A model generated the notes under the pieces. It searched no databases, was not told the DNA's origin, and saw nothing but the letters and a program-made list of their open reading frames with translations. Position numbers and translations under genes: made by a program. 64,000 nt of DNA from an uncultured Gammaproteobacteria bacterium (GTDB lineage: Bacteria; Patescibacteriota; Patescibacteriia; PEXW01), in NCBI GenBank assembly GCA_964486505.1, contig CAZAMC010000002.1, forward strand, positions 129,656 through 193,655. The letters run 5' to 3'. Position 1 is the first letter of the stretch. Each line of letters begins with the position of its first letter. This document shows positions 46,243 through 55,744 of this stretch, piece after piece.

Positions 46243-49200
46243 ATGCCGAACGTTACCCTCCGTGAGTCTACGACCCTGACCGCAACGGAGCGCTACCCGG
46301 CACATGGTTTGCGCATTACCCGCCGTCATACTACTGCCGGCACCGATCCGCTCTCGCAAGTGCAGTACGAAAAGCGGACCTCGGTCATCAAGGGCACAGA
46401 CGGCCGCATCCTGTACGAAATTACCGACGTGGAAGTTCCGGTAACCTGGTCTCAAGTGGCTACGGATATTTTGGCGCAGAAGTACTTCCGCAAAGCGGGC
46501 GTGCCCGTTGTTGACGAGCACGGCGCACCGGTGCTGGATGCACAGGGGAACGTGGTGACCGGATCGGAGAAGAGCGCTGCTCAAGTCGTGCATCGCATGA
46601 CGCAGTGCTGGCGCTGGTGGGGCGAGCAGTATGGGTACTTTGCCTCGCCGGAAGACGCCCAGGCCTACCAGGATGAAATGGCATACTTCCTCATCCACCA
46701 GATGGGCGCGCCGAACTCGCCGCAGTGGTTTAACACGGGTCTGCACACGGCCTACGGCATCACCGGCCGGCCCCAGGGGCACTACTACGTTGTGCCAGAG
46801 ACCGGGGAAGTGGTGAAGTCGGAAGACGCCTACACCCACCCCCAGCCGCACGCCTGTTTCATCCAGAGCGTAAACGATGACCTGGTTGGCGAAGGCGGCA
46901 TCTTTGATCTCGTTACCCGCGAGGCCCGCCTTTTCAAGTTTGGCTCGGGAACCGGCAGCAACTTCTCCAGTCTCCGCGCCCGCGGTGAGAAGCTTGGCGG
47001 TGGCGGTACTTCCTCGGGCATGATGTCGTTCCTTCACGTCTTCGACAAAGCCGCCGGCGCTATTAAGAGCGGCGGCACCACTCGCCGCGCGGCCAAGATG
47101 GTCATTGTGAACGTTGACCACCCCGACGTGGAAGAATTTATTAGCTGGAAGGTGAAAGAAGAGCAGAAGGTTGCCGACCTCGTGACCGGCAGCAAGATTA
47201 ATGCGCGCTACTTGCAGGACATCATGGCGACCGCTCACGCGGAAGGAGCCACGAGCATCGGTCAGTCGGCCAAGCTCAAAGCCGTGGTGCAGCAGGCAGT
47301 GCAGCGTAACGTCCCACTCAACTACATTGCCCGCGTCTTGGATTTGGTTCGCCAGGGCCAGAAGACTATCGATTTCCCCGTGCTCGATACCCACTTCGAA
47401 GGGGAGGCGTACGCCACGGTATCGGGGCAGAACAGCAACAACACCGTGCGCGTCACCAATGACTTCATGGACGCGGTGCGCGTGAATGCCCCCTGGAACC
47501 TCACCGCACGCGTGAGCGGGGAAGTTGTGAAGACCGTGCCTGCCCGTCAGCTGTGGGACCAAATTAGCTACGCGGCGTGGTCCTGCGCTGATCCGGGTTT
47601 GCAGTTCGATACCACGGTGAACGAGTGGCACACCTGCCCGGCGGACGGCCGCATCAACGGGTCTAACCCGTGCAGCGAGTACATGTTCCTGGATGACACG
47701 GCGTGCAACCTCGCGTCCATGAACTTGGCCAAATACCTGGATGCTGAAGCCGGCCACTTCGACGTCGATAGCTACCGCCATAGCATTCGGCTGTGGACCA
47801 TTACCTTGGAGCTCTCCGTGCTCATGGCGCAGTTCCCCGGCAAGGAGATTGCCCGCCGCAGTTACGCCTACCGCACGCTCGGCCTTGGCTACGCCAACCT
47901 GGGCACCGTGCTCATGACCATGGGCATTCCCTACGATTCCGAAGAAGCGCGGGCTATCGCCGGCTCCCTCACGGCCATTATGACCGGCGAGAGCTACGCT
48001 ACGAGCGCCGAAATGGCAAGTGTCGTTGGTTCTTTCCCGGCCTACGAGCGCAACAAGCGCCACATGCTCCGCGTTATCCGCAACCACCGCCGGGCCGCCT
48101 ACGACGCGCCCGCGGACGAGTACGAAGGCCTCACCATTACCCCGCAGGGCATTGATCACACGGCGGTTCCGCCCTACCTCGGTGATGCCGCCAAGCTGGC
48201 CTGGGACCGGGCCATTGCCCTGGGCGAGCAGCATGGCTTCCGCAATGCGCAGACGACGGTCATTGCGCCCACCGGCACCATTGGCCTCATCATGGATTGC
48301 GACACCACGGGTATTGAACCCGACTTTGCCCTGGTGAAGTTCAAGAAACTCGCTGGCGGCGGCTTCTTCAAGATTGCTAACCAGTCCATGGCCACTGCTC
48401 TGCGCCGCTTGGGCTATACCGAAGCGCAAGTACGGGATATGGAGAACTACGCCAAAGGTCACGGCACGCTGGATGGTTGTCCGACGATTAACCCCGAAGT
48501 GCTTGCGCAGAAGGGGCTCAATGAAGCCGATCTAGCCAAAGTAGAGGCGAGCCTGAAGACCGCGTTCGACATTCGTTTTGCCTTTACGCCGTTTGCCCTG
48601 GGCGAAGAGACGCTGAAGCGCGTTGGCCTCACCGACGAGCAGCTAGCCGACCGCGAGCTCAATGTCCTGAAAGCCATTGGCTTCTCGGATGCGGACATCG
48701 CGGCGGCGAACGAGTACGTCTGCGGCACCATGACCATTGAAGGTGCGCCCCACCTGAAACCCGAGCACCTGCCTGTCTTCGACTGCGCCAACAAGTGCGG
48801 CGCCAAAGGTACCCGGTATATCCCGTACGACGCGCACCTCAAGATGATGGCCACGGCCCAGCCCTTTATTTCCGGCGCCATCTCTAAGACCATCAACATG
48901 CCCAACGAGGCTACGCTCGTGGACATCGACGCCGCCTACCAGAAGAGCTGGAAGTACATGCTCAAAGCCGTGGCGCTCTACCGCGATGGCTCGAAGCTCT
49001 CGCAACCGCTCAACAGCCTTTCGGGCCTGGATGAGATTGGCCAAGCCGAAACCCAAGAGGAAGAGGTGAATGAGCAGGTTACGCCTCAGCAGGTGAGCGA
49101 CGCCACGGCGGCGCAAGCGGCAGGCCAGGCCATTCGCCGCGCCTTGCCCAACAAGCGGCACGGGTTTGTGCAGAAGGCCTACGTGGGCGGGCACAAGGTG

Positions 49201-49764
49201 TACCTCCGCACGGGCGAGTACAACAACGGCCAGCTCGGCGAAATCTTCATTGACATGTACAAAGAGGGGACGGCCTACCGCAGTCTGCTTTCGATGTTCG
49301 CCATTTCCATTTCCAAAGGTTTGCAGTACGGCATCCCGCTGGAAGAGTACGTGGACACCTTCACCTACACGCGCTTCGAACCAGCTGGCCCTATCCAAGG
49401 CCACGACAACGTGAAGATGGCTACGTCAATTCTGGACTACGTCTTCCGCGTGCTGGGCTTTGAGTACCTGGGCCGCACCGACCTGGTGCACGTGAAGCCC
49501 GAGCCCAAGGAGAAGACCATGGACCTGCATACCCCCGCTCCGGTGCAGCAAGCCACTCTGCCCATTACCGTGCAGACCGCAGCGCAGAAAGAAGCCGTGA
49601 AGAGCAACGTGAGCTTTGGCATGGAGCAGGTGGAAGCCAAGCACGAGGCGCGGCAGCAGGGCTTTACCGGCGACCAGTGCGTGGCCTGCGGGAGCATGAA
49701 GATGAAGCGCAATGGCACCTGCATCCTTTGCTTAGACTGCGGCGAGACCACCGGGTGTAGCTAG
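46243..49764 (+). CDS. nrdJ: Class II (adenosylcobalamin-dependent) ribonucleotide reductase, long form (1172 aa) with C-terminal Cys4 zinc ribbon
   Basis: [21 protein letters not shown] active-site region, B12-dependent RNR architecture, C-terminal [27 protein letters not shown]. No intein motifs seen. Confidence 0.85.
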   Translation: MPNVTLRESTTLTATERYPAHGLRITRRHTTAGTDPLSQVQYEKRTSVIKGTDGRILYEITDVEVPVTWSQVATDILAQKYFRKAGVPVVDEHGAPVLDAQGNVVTGSEKSAAQVVHRMTQCWRWWGEQYGYFASPEDAQAYQDEMAYFLIHQMGAPNSPQWFNTGLHTAYGITGRPQGHYYVVPETGEVVKSEDAYTHPQPHACFIQSVNDDLVGEGGIFDLVTREARLFKFGSGTGSNFSSLRARGEKLGGGGTSSGMMSFLHVFDKAAGAIKSGGTTRRAAKMVIVNVDHPDVEEFISWKVKEEQKVADLVTGSKINARYLQDIMATAHAEGATSIGQSAKLKAVVQQAVQRNVPLNYIARVLDLVRQGQKTIDFPVLDTHFEGEAYATVSGQNSNNTVRVTNDFMDAVRVNAPWNLTARVSGEVVKTVPARQLWDQISYAAWSCADPGLQFDTTVNEWHTCPADGRINGSNPCSEYMFLDDTACNLASMNLAKYLDAEAGHFDVDSYRHSIRLWTITLELSVLMAQFPGKEIARRSYAYRTLGLGYANLGTVLMTMGIPYDSEEARAIAGSLTAIMTGESYATSAEMASVVGSFPAYERNKRHMLRVIRNHRRAAYDAPADEYEGLTITPQGIDHTAVPPYLGDAAKLAWDRAIALGEQHGFRNAQTTVIAPTGTIGLIMDCDTTGIEPDFALVKFKKLAGGGFFKIANQSMATALRRLGYTEAQVRDMENYAKGHGTLDGCPTINPEVLAQKGLNEADLAKVEASLKTAFDIRFAFTPFALGEETLKRVGLTDEQLADRELNVLKAIGFSDADIAAANEYVCGTMTIEGAPHLKPEHLPVFDCANKCGAKGTRYIPYDAHLKMMATAQPFISGAISKTINMPNEATLVDIDAAYQKSWKYMLKAVALYRDGSKLSQPLNSLSGLDEIGQAETQEEEVNEQVTPQQVSDATAAQAAGQAIRRALPNKRHGFVQKAYVGGHKVYLRTGEYNNGQLGEIFIDMYKEGTAYRSLLSMFAISISKGLQYGIPLEEYVDTFTYTRFEPAGPIQGHDNVKMATSILDYVFRVLGFEYLGRTDLVHVKPEPKEKTMDLHTPAPVQQATLPITVQTAAQKEAVKSNVSFGMEQVEAKHEARQQGFTGDQCVACGSMKMKRNGTCILCLDCGETTGCS

Positions 49765-49786
49765 AGGAACAACCTTGCAACGATAA

Positions 49787-49812
49787 AGAGCGGATCCGTA
49801 TGGGTCCGCTCT
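49787..49812. terminator. Hairpin between convergent nrdJ (+) and the membrane protein gene (-)
   Basis: agagcggatcc-gtat-gggtccgctct (one mismatch). Confidence 0.4.
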
Positions 49813-50424
49813 TTAGGAAAGAAGTTTTTTTGGATGACGTTGGGCAAGGAGGCCAACACCACCATGGAGTATGAGACAGAGGACTGGGTACACCAGTTGG
49901 TACGGCCCATCATCTAATCGCGGGTCAAATTTCCATTGCAGGAAGATGGCCGTGAGGCTGAATACGTAGGCGCCGCTCCAGAGGTACCAGGGAAGGACGC
50001 GCTGTTCGGTGGTGGGGTCACGCCAGACACCACGGTAGGTTGGATAAAACGAGATGACGATGGGGATTTGCAGGAGGAGGTACGCTGCTTTTGAGCTCTG
50101 GAAAATAATCCATACACCTGCAGCAATGCAGCCAAAGGTGAGCGCCGTGACCTCGTACCGGTCGAGAGCTTTGAACTTCCCCAGTCGGAGCGCATTGAGG
50201 AAAAGGTACAGCGTCACCACGGTGCTCACGAGGGGTAGCGCGCTCTTAATGACATCATGCGTACTCGCGAGGTAGGTGGCGCAATTTAGTGTGCTCAAGA
50301 TAACCCAGAGCGTCCACGTTGCTGGATTGGGTGTGGATGTACCCCGTCTCATATTCCGGTTGTAAAGGAAAACTGCCGCGACATGCATCAACGCGGCAAT
50401 AATTGCAAACGTTGCTGCAAGCAC
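49813..50424 (-). CDS. Polytopic membrane protein (about 6 TM), uncharacterised
   Basis: Hydrophobic helices throughout; no recognisable family. Confidence 0.45.
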   Translation of the reverse strand: MLAATFAIIAALMHVAAVFLYNRNMRRGTSTPNPATWTLWVILSTLNCATYLASTHDVIKSALPLVSTVVTLYLFLNALRLGKFKALDRYEVTALTFGCIAAGVWIIFQSSKAAYLLLQIPIVISFYPTYRGVWRDPTTEQRVLPWYLWSGAYVFSLTAIFLQWKFDPRLDDGPYQLVYPVLCLILHGGVGLLAQRHPKKLLS

Positions 50425-50665
50425 AACAATCCTTTCGTTTTGGGTTTGTGTTAGCCGATGAGTCTAGCAAAAATGAAGATATTGTCAATCAGCTGGATAT
50501 GGATAGAGCGGACCGGGGAGGCCCGCCCTTTTGCATTGACAAAACCAGCAACTGGCGTTACATTGCGAGGCCTGTTCTTTGACACTCGGCCAGCGGAAGG
50601 CTGGCTGGTTAGCCCGTAACCAATTCTGGCGGAAGGCCAGAGAGTATGTGAAAGGAGGTACCCGC

Positions 50666-51613
50666 ATGCGGTACCAAACGTCCACGCGCGTGCAGCAGTT
50701 GCAAGCGCAGTTCCCTGAACTCCAACACATCATCCCGCGCTTCAAGCGTGGCGATGGTCCGCAGCACCGTATTCGCATCCTGGTGCAGCGGGCCGATCCG
50801 GCCTTCTTGTACACGTATGCAGAGACGGCAGATGGCGAGCGCAGCCACTGTGAGCCGTTGCCGAAAGAAACGCATCTGCAGGGTTGCATCGCTACGCGTT
50901 ACAAGCACCTGTTCTTCGTCTTGCCGGATGGCACGATCGACAGCCAGGTTACCTGGGAAGACTTCCACGCGTCGTACTGCATTGATTTTCTGCGTAAGCG
51001 GAAACACTTGCTGCCGACGCTGAGTCGGGTGGTCGTGCTCGCCGTGCTCACGTGGTACAAGCGGCAGGACCCGCTTACTACCATGAGTTACCTCGGTGCG
51101 TACCAGAGCACTGATCTGGAGATCACCATCCACCAAGCGCCGACGTGCGGGTGGTCGGAACTCGTCGCCACCACAGACTTGAGCAAGAACGTACCGATGG
51201 GCTTTCGGGATCTCATCGTCGCGGGTTGCCGCTACGAGCGCCCAGACGTGAGACGCTACAATGACGCGCTCACGGAGATTGCTACGCTGTTTAGCACCCA
51301 GGTATACGCCAATGGTTTGAAGACGCTCATTGACGCGTCGAAAATCGCGGGTATGTCCGGTATGTTCAACGGCGTGGAGCTCATGAGTTGGGTTTCCGCG
51401 GGGCGCATTCCCATGACGGTGCAGCGCGGGAACATTGATGTAACGTTCAAATCCCTCGAAGGCGAGTACTACGAGGCCGGTGTGCACAGCATGCACGGGA
51501 CGGTAGAGGAAGTACGCGCGCTCGTGAACGACCTGGTTGCTGGCTGGACGGCGCTCTCGCAGGAGCAGCGCGCTAGCCAGTATAAGGACAACAAGAACGT
51601 CAGCATGTTCTGA
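50666..51613 (+). CDS. Hypothetical protein (315 aa), no recognisable domain
   Basis: ATG at 50666 preceded by a strong SD AAAGGAGGT. TTGACA-17-TACATT promoter-like at about 50537..50565. Confidence 0.5.
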   Translation: MRYQTSTRVQQLQAQFPELQHIIPRFKRGDGPQHRIRILVQRADPAFLYTYAETADGERSHCEPLPKETHLQGCIATRYKHLFFVLPDGTIDSQVTWEDFHASYCIDFLRKRKHLLPTLSRVVVLAVLTWYKRQDPLTTMSYLGAYQSTDLEITIHQAPTCGWSELVATTDLSKNVPMGFRDLIVAGCRYERPDVRRYNDALTEIATLFSTQVYANGLKTLIDASKIAGMSGMFNGVELMSWVSAGRIPMTVQRGNIDVTFKSLEGEYYEAGVHSMHGTVEEVRALVNDLVAGWTALSQEQRASQYKDNKNVSMF

Positions 51614-51620
51614 TCATTGC

Positions 51621-51648
51621 AAAAGGACTGTCGCAAGACAGTCCTTTT
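51621..51648. terminator. Bidirectional terminator (perfect 12-bp stem); second hairpin at 51660..51684
   Basis: aaaaggactgtc-gcaa-gacagtcctttt, and agagcag-[11 nt]-ctgctct. Confidence 0.65.
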
Positions 51649-51702
51649 CATTTCGAAGAAGAGCAGGCCTGGAAGGTCTGCTCTCTTAAAAGGTGCTGGG
51701 GG

Positions 51703-52134
51703 CTAGAACTCCGCCTGCAAGGTTTGGCACAGTTCCACCACGTCCTGCTGGGGCAAGGGATCGGGCACGCCAATGAGCCCGAAGATTTTGGCCCCACGGA
51801 ACTCCACGGCAAGGTCAGCGGCGCGGGGAATGAAGTGCACGTGGACGTGCTCGTGGCCCGGGGCCTCGGCCAAGCAGATGATGTACTCCTTCGTGCAGCG
51901 AAAGTGCGCGTGGAGAATGGAAACAATTTTTGGGGTGAGCTCCTGGAGCTCCGAAAATTCTTGGACCGTTAGCTCGTGGAGCGCGGCGGCGTGGCGCTTG
52001 AGCACTAGCACGAGCCAGCCCCGAACTTTCACTGGGTACGTGTGCTCCAGTACCCAGTACTCGCCGTTGTAAATTGCTTCACCTGGTGAAATGCGATGCA
52101 CGCCCGAAAGTGACGCGCAGGTTTTGCATTCCAT
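51703..52134 (-). CDS. HIT-superfamily protein with N-terminal CxxC
   Basis: HEHVHVHFIPR histidine triad. Own promoter TTGACA-17-TAGAGT (minus strand, plus-strand coordinates about 52166..52194) and SD GAGGAGG. Confidence 0.65.
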   Translation of the reverse strand: MECKTCASLSGVHRISPGEAIYNGEYWVLEHTYPVKVRGWLVLVLKRHAAALHELTVQEFSELQELTPKIVSILHAHFRCTKEYIICLAEAPGHEHVHVHFIPRAADLAVEFRGAKIFGLIGVPDPLPQQDVVELCQTLQAEF

Positions 52135-52252
52135 GGTTGTCCTCCTCAGTATTTGTTTTCGTATGTTGCACGCTACTCTATGGTTTCTTCACTGCTTTGT
52201 CAATGTGAGAATGAAAAAGAGCGAGCTGGGGCGGCTCGCTCTTCGGTAACGA

Positions 52253-52615
52253 TCAGCTCGTCGGTTGCTGCGTGGCACTGCGCTGCCAAACGCGCTTGAA
52301 GGCAAGGGCCAGGCCAATGATGACGGCTACAGCCCACGCAAGTGTGAGGATCAGCTGCGCCTCTTTGGGGAACGCGTACACCAGGTAGCCGAGCGGGAGC
52401 ACCGTGGCGGCGACGCCCATCCAGAAGGGTGCAGTCTTCTGCGCCTGCGTGCCGTTTATCCAGGCAACGCCCAGGCAGAAGCTGCCACAGAGAATGGTAT
52501 AGGCGAGCGTGACCCAGAATGCGCCGCCAAGTTCGATTGCGGCTTGGAAGCCGAGCAGGAGCATCCCGGCGCCAAAGCCGGCGCCCCAACGTACTCTTTT
52601 CCAGGAAAACTGCAT
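52253..52615 (-). CDS. Small membrane protein (120 aa), uncharacterised
   Basis: 3-4 TM helices. SD GGAAGGAG upstream; minus-strand terminator (agagcgagc...gctcgctct + T-run) downstream at about 52205..52234. Confidence 0.45.
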   Translation of the reverse strand: MQFSWKRVRWGAGFGAGMLLLGFQAAIELGGAFWVTLAYTILCGSFCLGVAWINGTQAQKTAPFWMGVAATVLPLGYLVYAFPKEAQLILTLAWAVAVIIGLALAFKRVWQRSATQQPTS

Positions 52616-52719
52616 GCGATCTCCTTCCTGTGGAACGGTGTGTTTTGTTCAACCCTGCCACGCGTGGCGCTGCATGTCAATGGAAAAGAAGCCACGCGGT
52701 GTACACGTGGCTTCTGCAC

Positions 52720-53127
52720 TTAGGCCTCGGCCGATTCCTTCAGGCGGTCGAGGATGTCGGGGAACTTTTCGTCTACGTCTTCCAGAATCGCCATCTTCGC
52801 CACAATTCGGTCGAAAATTTCGTAGCGGTAGCTGGCGAACAAACGGAGGACCGTGGCGAGATCTTCGTACTCCGCATTCCCCAGGGTGTGTACCCAGAAG
52901 AGGTACTCAATGTACACGTGGGGCACTTCCCGGATGGGGATGAGAACCGAGAGGACCGCACACGGTGTCAGGTGTTCCAGGGCTTCGCAGGTCATGTCCG
53001 CCAGCGTCGTCTGGTGGCGCACCACTCGGGGCACGTGCTCCTGGTAGAGCTCGTAGATTCTCTCGTACGAAATGGGCTCTGTTGCGGTAAGCGTCTGGAG
53101 CGATTCGTGGAAGGACAGTTCAGCCAT
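52720..53127 (-). CDS. Hypothetical soluble protein (135 aa)
   Basis: ATG at 53127 with SD GGAGG. Terminator hairpin gaagccacg...cgtggcttc + T-run downstream (about 52670..52705). Confidence 0.4.
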   Translation of the reverse strand: MAELSFHESLQTLTATEPISYERIYELYQEHVPRVVRHQTTLADMTCEALEHLTPCAVLSVLIPIREVPHVYIEYLFWVHTLGNAEYEDLATVLRLFASYRYEIFDRIVAKMAILEDVDEKFPDILDRLKESAEA

Positions 53128-53231
53128 GCATCCTCCTTTCACGGACGTTTCTTTGTTCACACTCTGCCGGAGTCCTCACGAGCCGTCAATAGCAAAAAAA
53201 GACCGCTTCGTTCCCGAAGCGGCGAAATAGG

Positions 53232-53579
53232 TTAGGCAGGGGCATTTGCTTTGGATGTTTCTCGCGCAGCGCGAGAGCGCTTGGTGGTGAGCATCCACAG
53301 CCGGATTGCAATGAACATGCTAGCAACAGTTACCCAGGCCAGAATGCCGAGGGCAACGTGCAGGCCCCACGCCAAGGAGAAGGGAACGACCACGCGGTCA
53401 TCAAGTGCCCGTTGGGCAAGCATGGTGAAGTGGCGTGAACTTCGGTACCCCGGCTCTTCATTATCGAGAATGATGTAGAGCGGCCAGGAAAAGAGCACCC
53501 AGAGCTTCCAGCGAATCCACAGGCACGCAATGCCAAGGTACAAGAGGAGACCCAGAACCCATGACCAGATCATACACAC
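53232..53579 (-). CDS. Small membrane protein (115 aa), uncharacterised
   Basis: SD GGAGGTG. Upstream promoter TTGACG-16-TAGGAT on the minus strand. Terminator ccgcttcg...cgaagcgg + T7 downstream (about 53195..53225). Confidence 0.45.
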   Translation of the reverse strand: MCMIWSWVLGLLLYLGIACLWIRWKLWVLFSWPLYIILDNEEPGYRSSRHFTMLAQRALDDRVVVPFSLAWGLHVALGILAWVTVASMFIAIRLWMLTTKRSRAARETSKANAPA

Positions 53580-53683
53580 CTCCGTTTGTGTTCGTTTCTA
53601 TCCTACACAGGCTCGCCTGAGCGTCAAGACTGCGGAAAAAGAAAACCGCCCCAGGGGTGCAGGCGGTTTGTCGACGGAGCTGC

Positions 53684-53989
53684 TCACTGTGTCGACTTGA
53701 CCAGGCGCACCGGTATTGGTGCGGCTTCCGGCATGGGCGCGGGCGCATCCAGGCGCGGGCCGACCGTGGACCACAGGTGCGGGTAGAGGGCGATGCTGCC
53801 CAGGATGGTCAGGATGCACGTGATGGCCGCAAATACTTTGGCCACCATCGTACCGAAGATCATCCCGAATGCAGCGGCGAGGGCGGTCGCCAGGCAGATG
53901 GCGACGAAGCAGAAGGCACACTTGAGGAAGGTGTTGCTTTCCCCTAAGCGGTCCATCGCGTTGCTAAAGAGCGTGAAGCTTTTCTTCAC
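53684..53989 (-). CDS. Small membrane protein (101 aa; GTG start), uncharacterised
   Basis: SD AAGGAGG 5 nt upstream of GTG. Two TM helices. Terminator aaccgcc...ggcggtt + T-run downstream (about 53640..53670). Confidence 0.4.
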   Translation of the reverse strand: MKKSFTLFSNAMDRLGESNTFLKCAFCFVAICLATALAAAFGMIFGTMVAKVFAAITCILTILGSIALYPHLWSTVGPRLDAPAPMPEAAPIPVRLVKSTQ

Positions 53990-54164
53990 TAGTACCTCCT
54001 TGTAGGTGTCTCTTTTTGGAACTGGACACCGTACACCGGGGTTGCCGATGTGTCAAGGGTACATACTCCCGGTCTGGAGGGTATTTCCAGGCGTTAACAC
54101 CAGTGTGCCAGTGTTTGCATATGAAAGCCCTCCACCGAAGTGGAGGGCCAGAAGAAGGAGGAGA

Positions 54165-54392
54165 TCACGGGAACGAAATTTCGAGGTGTGCATCATCCAG
54201 AGCAGTGACGTCTGGAATGGTGGTGAGTACGTACTCTCGGGTTGCTGCCCACGCCAGCGGGATGGCGTACGGCGCGCGGGGAATGTGGAATTCATCCCAG
54301 CGGATTTCGAGTTTCTCCCACTTGCGGCCACGAATGACCGCCCCGAGGAGTGTGAGGGTGTAGTAGACTCGCATTACTATGCGCCTTTCCAT
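54165..54392 (-). CDS. Hypothetical small protein (75 aa)
   Basis: ORF only; weak translation signals. Confidence 0.2.
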   Translation of the reverse strand: MERRIVMRVYYTLTLLGAVIRGRKWEKLEIRWDEFHIPRAPYAIPLAWAATREYVLTTIPDVTALDDAHLEISFP

Positions 54393-54523
54393 TGGCGCGT
54401 CCTATGCGAGGTTACAGCCGTCGTCCTATGCACGACCGATAGAAAGAACAGTGGACCGGCCACTCTAGCGGATTTTACGCCGGGTGTCAATAAGAACTCC
54501 CGTCAGGGTTGACGGGAGTCTTG

Positions 54524-54733
54524 CTAGTGTGCGCGGGAACGATATCTGGCTCGATTCCGGCAGAATTTTTCTGCAAGTTCCGCATGGTTGGTTTCACGCA
54601 GGATAGAGCAGATTTGGTCTTTCTCTTCTGCGGTGATTGTCGCCGTACGTTTTTCGGCCATGATGGTTGCAACAATGTCCTCGTCCTTTGTATTTCCGTT
54701 CGCGCACAATTCGCGAAATGCTGGTAAATCCAT
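54524..54733 (-). CDS. Hypothetical small protein (69 aa)
   Basis: SD GAGGG upstream. 10-bp hairpin (actcccgtca-gggt-tgacgggagt) just downstream of the stop. Confidence 0.35.
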   Translation of the reverse strand: MDLPAFRELCANGNTKDEDIVATIMAEKRTATITAEEKDQICSILRETNHAELAEKFCRNRARYRSRAH

Positions 54734-54787
54734 ACTACCCTCGGTTCCGTTTGTGCTCCGATGTTGGCCCCACTATACGGAAGGCCT

Positions 54788-54821
54788 AAAAAAAGCACAA
54801 CCCCCGTCGAGGCGGGGGTTG
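54788..54821 (-). terminator. Strong rho-independent terminator (minus strand)
   Basis: caacccccg-tcgagg-cgggggttg 9-bp GC stem, followed on the minus strand by U7. Confidence 0.7.
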
Positions 54822-54824
54822 CAT

Positions 54825-54956
54825 TTACGCAGAAGTGGTTTCAGGTTCCTTATCCAGCTCCTGGTTAAGTTGCGCGAGCGCGTGGATGACCTCGAGAGCA
54901 TTGAGCTCGGGGCGGTCTTCGGTGAGGCGCTCCGCATGCGCGTACAAACTGTCCAT
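54825..54956 (-). CDS. Candidate 43-aa small protein immediately upstream of the strong terminator
   Basis: MDSLYAHAERLTEDRPELNALEVIHALAQLNQELDKEPETTSA; below the ORF-track size cutoff. The terminator begins 4 nt after the stop. No clear SD. Confidence 0.3.
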   Translation of the reverse strand: MDSLYAHAERLTEDRPELNALEVIHALAQLNQELDKEPETTSA

Positions 54957-55156
54957 AAAGTATTTGTAAAGACGAACCGGATACCCTAGCACGGCCGCCC
55001 GAATCCGTCAAGGCTGGGACACTGGAGGAGTCTGGAAAAAAAACGGCCCCAGCGCAGTCGACTTCCACACCACTAGGGGGAGAGTGGGTGGAATGCGCGT
55101 GGGGCCGGGGAAATGCACGAGTTGTATTTTTTCTTCGTTCTCGTACTCTACAAGGC

Positions 55157-55744
55157 ATGGCTCCTATGGTCAAACGCATTGCCCCCAAACGCCTGCGACC
55201 ATTCCCCCACGGCATTACCGTGGCGTACATTGGCGATGGCAAAGGAAAAACCACAGCCGCGGTTGGCGTGGCGACCCGTGCCATTGGCTATGGGTGGAAG
55301 ACCTTATTCTTCCAGTTCTTCAAGAGCCCCCAGTGGCCCTCGGGGGAGCGAGACGCCTTGCGGAAGCTGGGTGCCACGGTGGAAGTGCATGGCGAAGGCT
55401 TCGTTGGTATTCTGGGCGATCGCAAAGACCTCCGAGAGCACCAAGCGGCGGCTCGCGCTGCGCTCCAGCGGGCCTGGCGCCACCTGACGTCGGGACAGTA
55501 CCAACTCGTGGTTCTCGATGAAGTCATTTCCTGCTTGGAGCAGAAACTTTTCCCAGTAAGTGCTCTCGTGCAGTTTCTGCAGAAGCGGCGCCACCACGCC
55601 AAGGCCAAGAATGTCCACCTCGTGCTCACCGGCCACCAAAAATTTCCCGCCGTCCTGCAGCTGTGCGATGTGGTTTCGGAAATGAAAATGGTGAAGCACC
55701 CTTACTACAAAGGTTTCATTGCCGTGAAGGGGATTGATTACTAG
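55157..55744 (+). CDS. cobA: ATP:cob(I)alamin adenosyltransferase (CobA/CobO/BtuR type)
   Basis: ITVAYIGDGKGKTTAAVG P-loop and overall similarity to CobA/BtuR (...LDEV...VLTG...VKGIDY). Confidence 0.75.
   Translation: MAPMVKRIAPKRLRPFPHGITVAYIGDGKGKTTAAVGVATRAIGYGWKTLFFQFFKSPQWPSGERDALRKLGATVEVHGEGFVGILGDRKDLREHQAAARAALQRAWRHLTSGQYQLVVLDEVISCLEQKLFPVSALVQFLQKRRHHAKAKNVHLVLTGHQKFPAVLQLCDVVSEMKMVKHPYYKGFIAVKGIDY

Noticed and set aside
46189-48462. 757-aa ORF on the minus strand
   Set aside because: It is entirely antisense to nrdJ, which has unambiguous homology. Long antisense ORFs are expected at 60% GC. Its translation is low-complexity (A/G/R-rich).
54588-54989. 133-aa plus-strand ORF
   Set aside because: It runs antisense through a strong minus-strand terminator hairpin and two minus-strand genes. 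The composition looks non-protein-like.
54865-55284. 139-aa minus-strand ORF overlapping the cobA start
   Set aside because: Pro/Arg/Ala-rich junk translation antisense to the well-supported cobA N-terminus.
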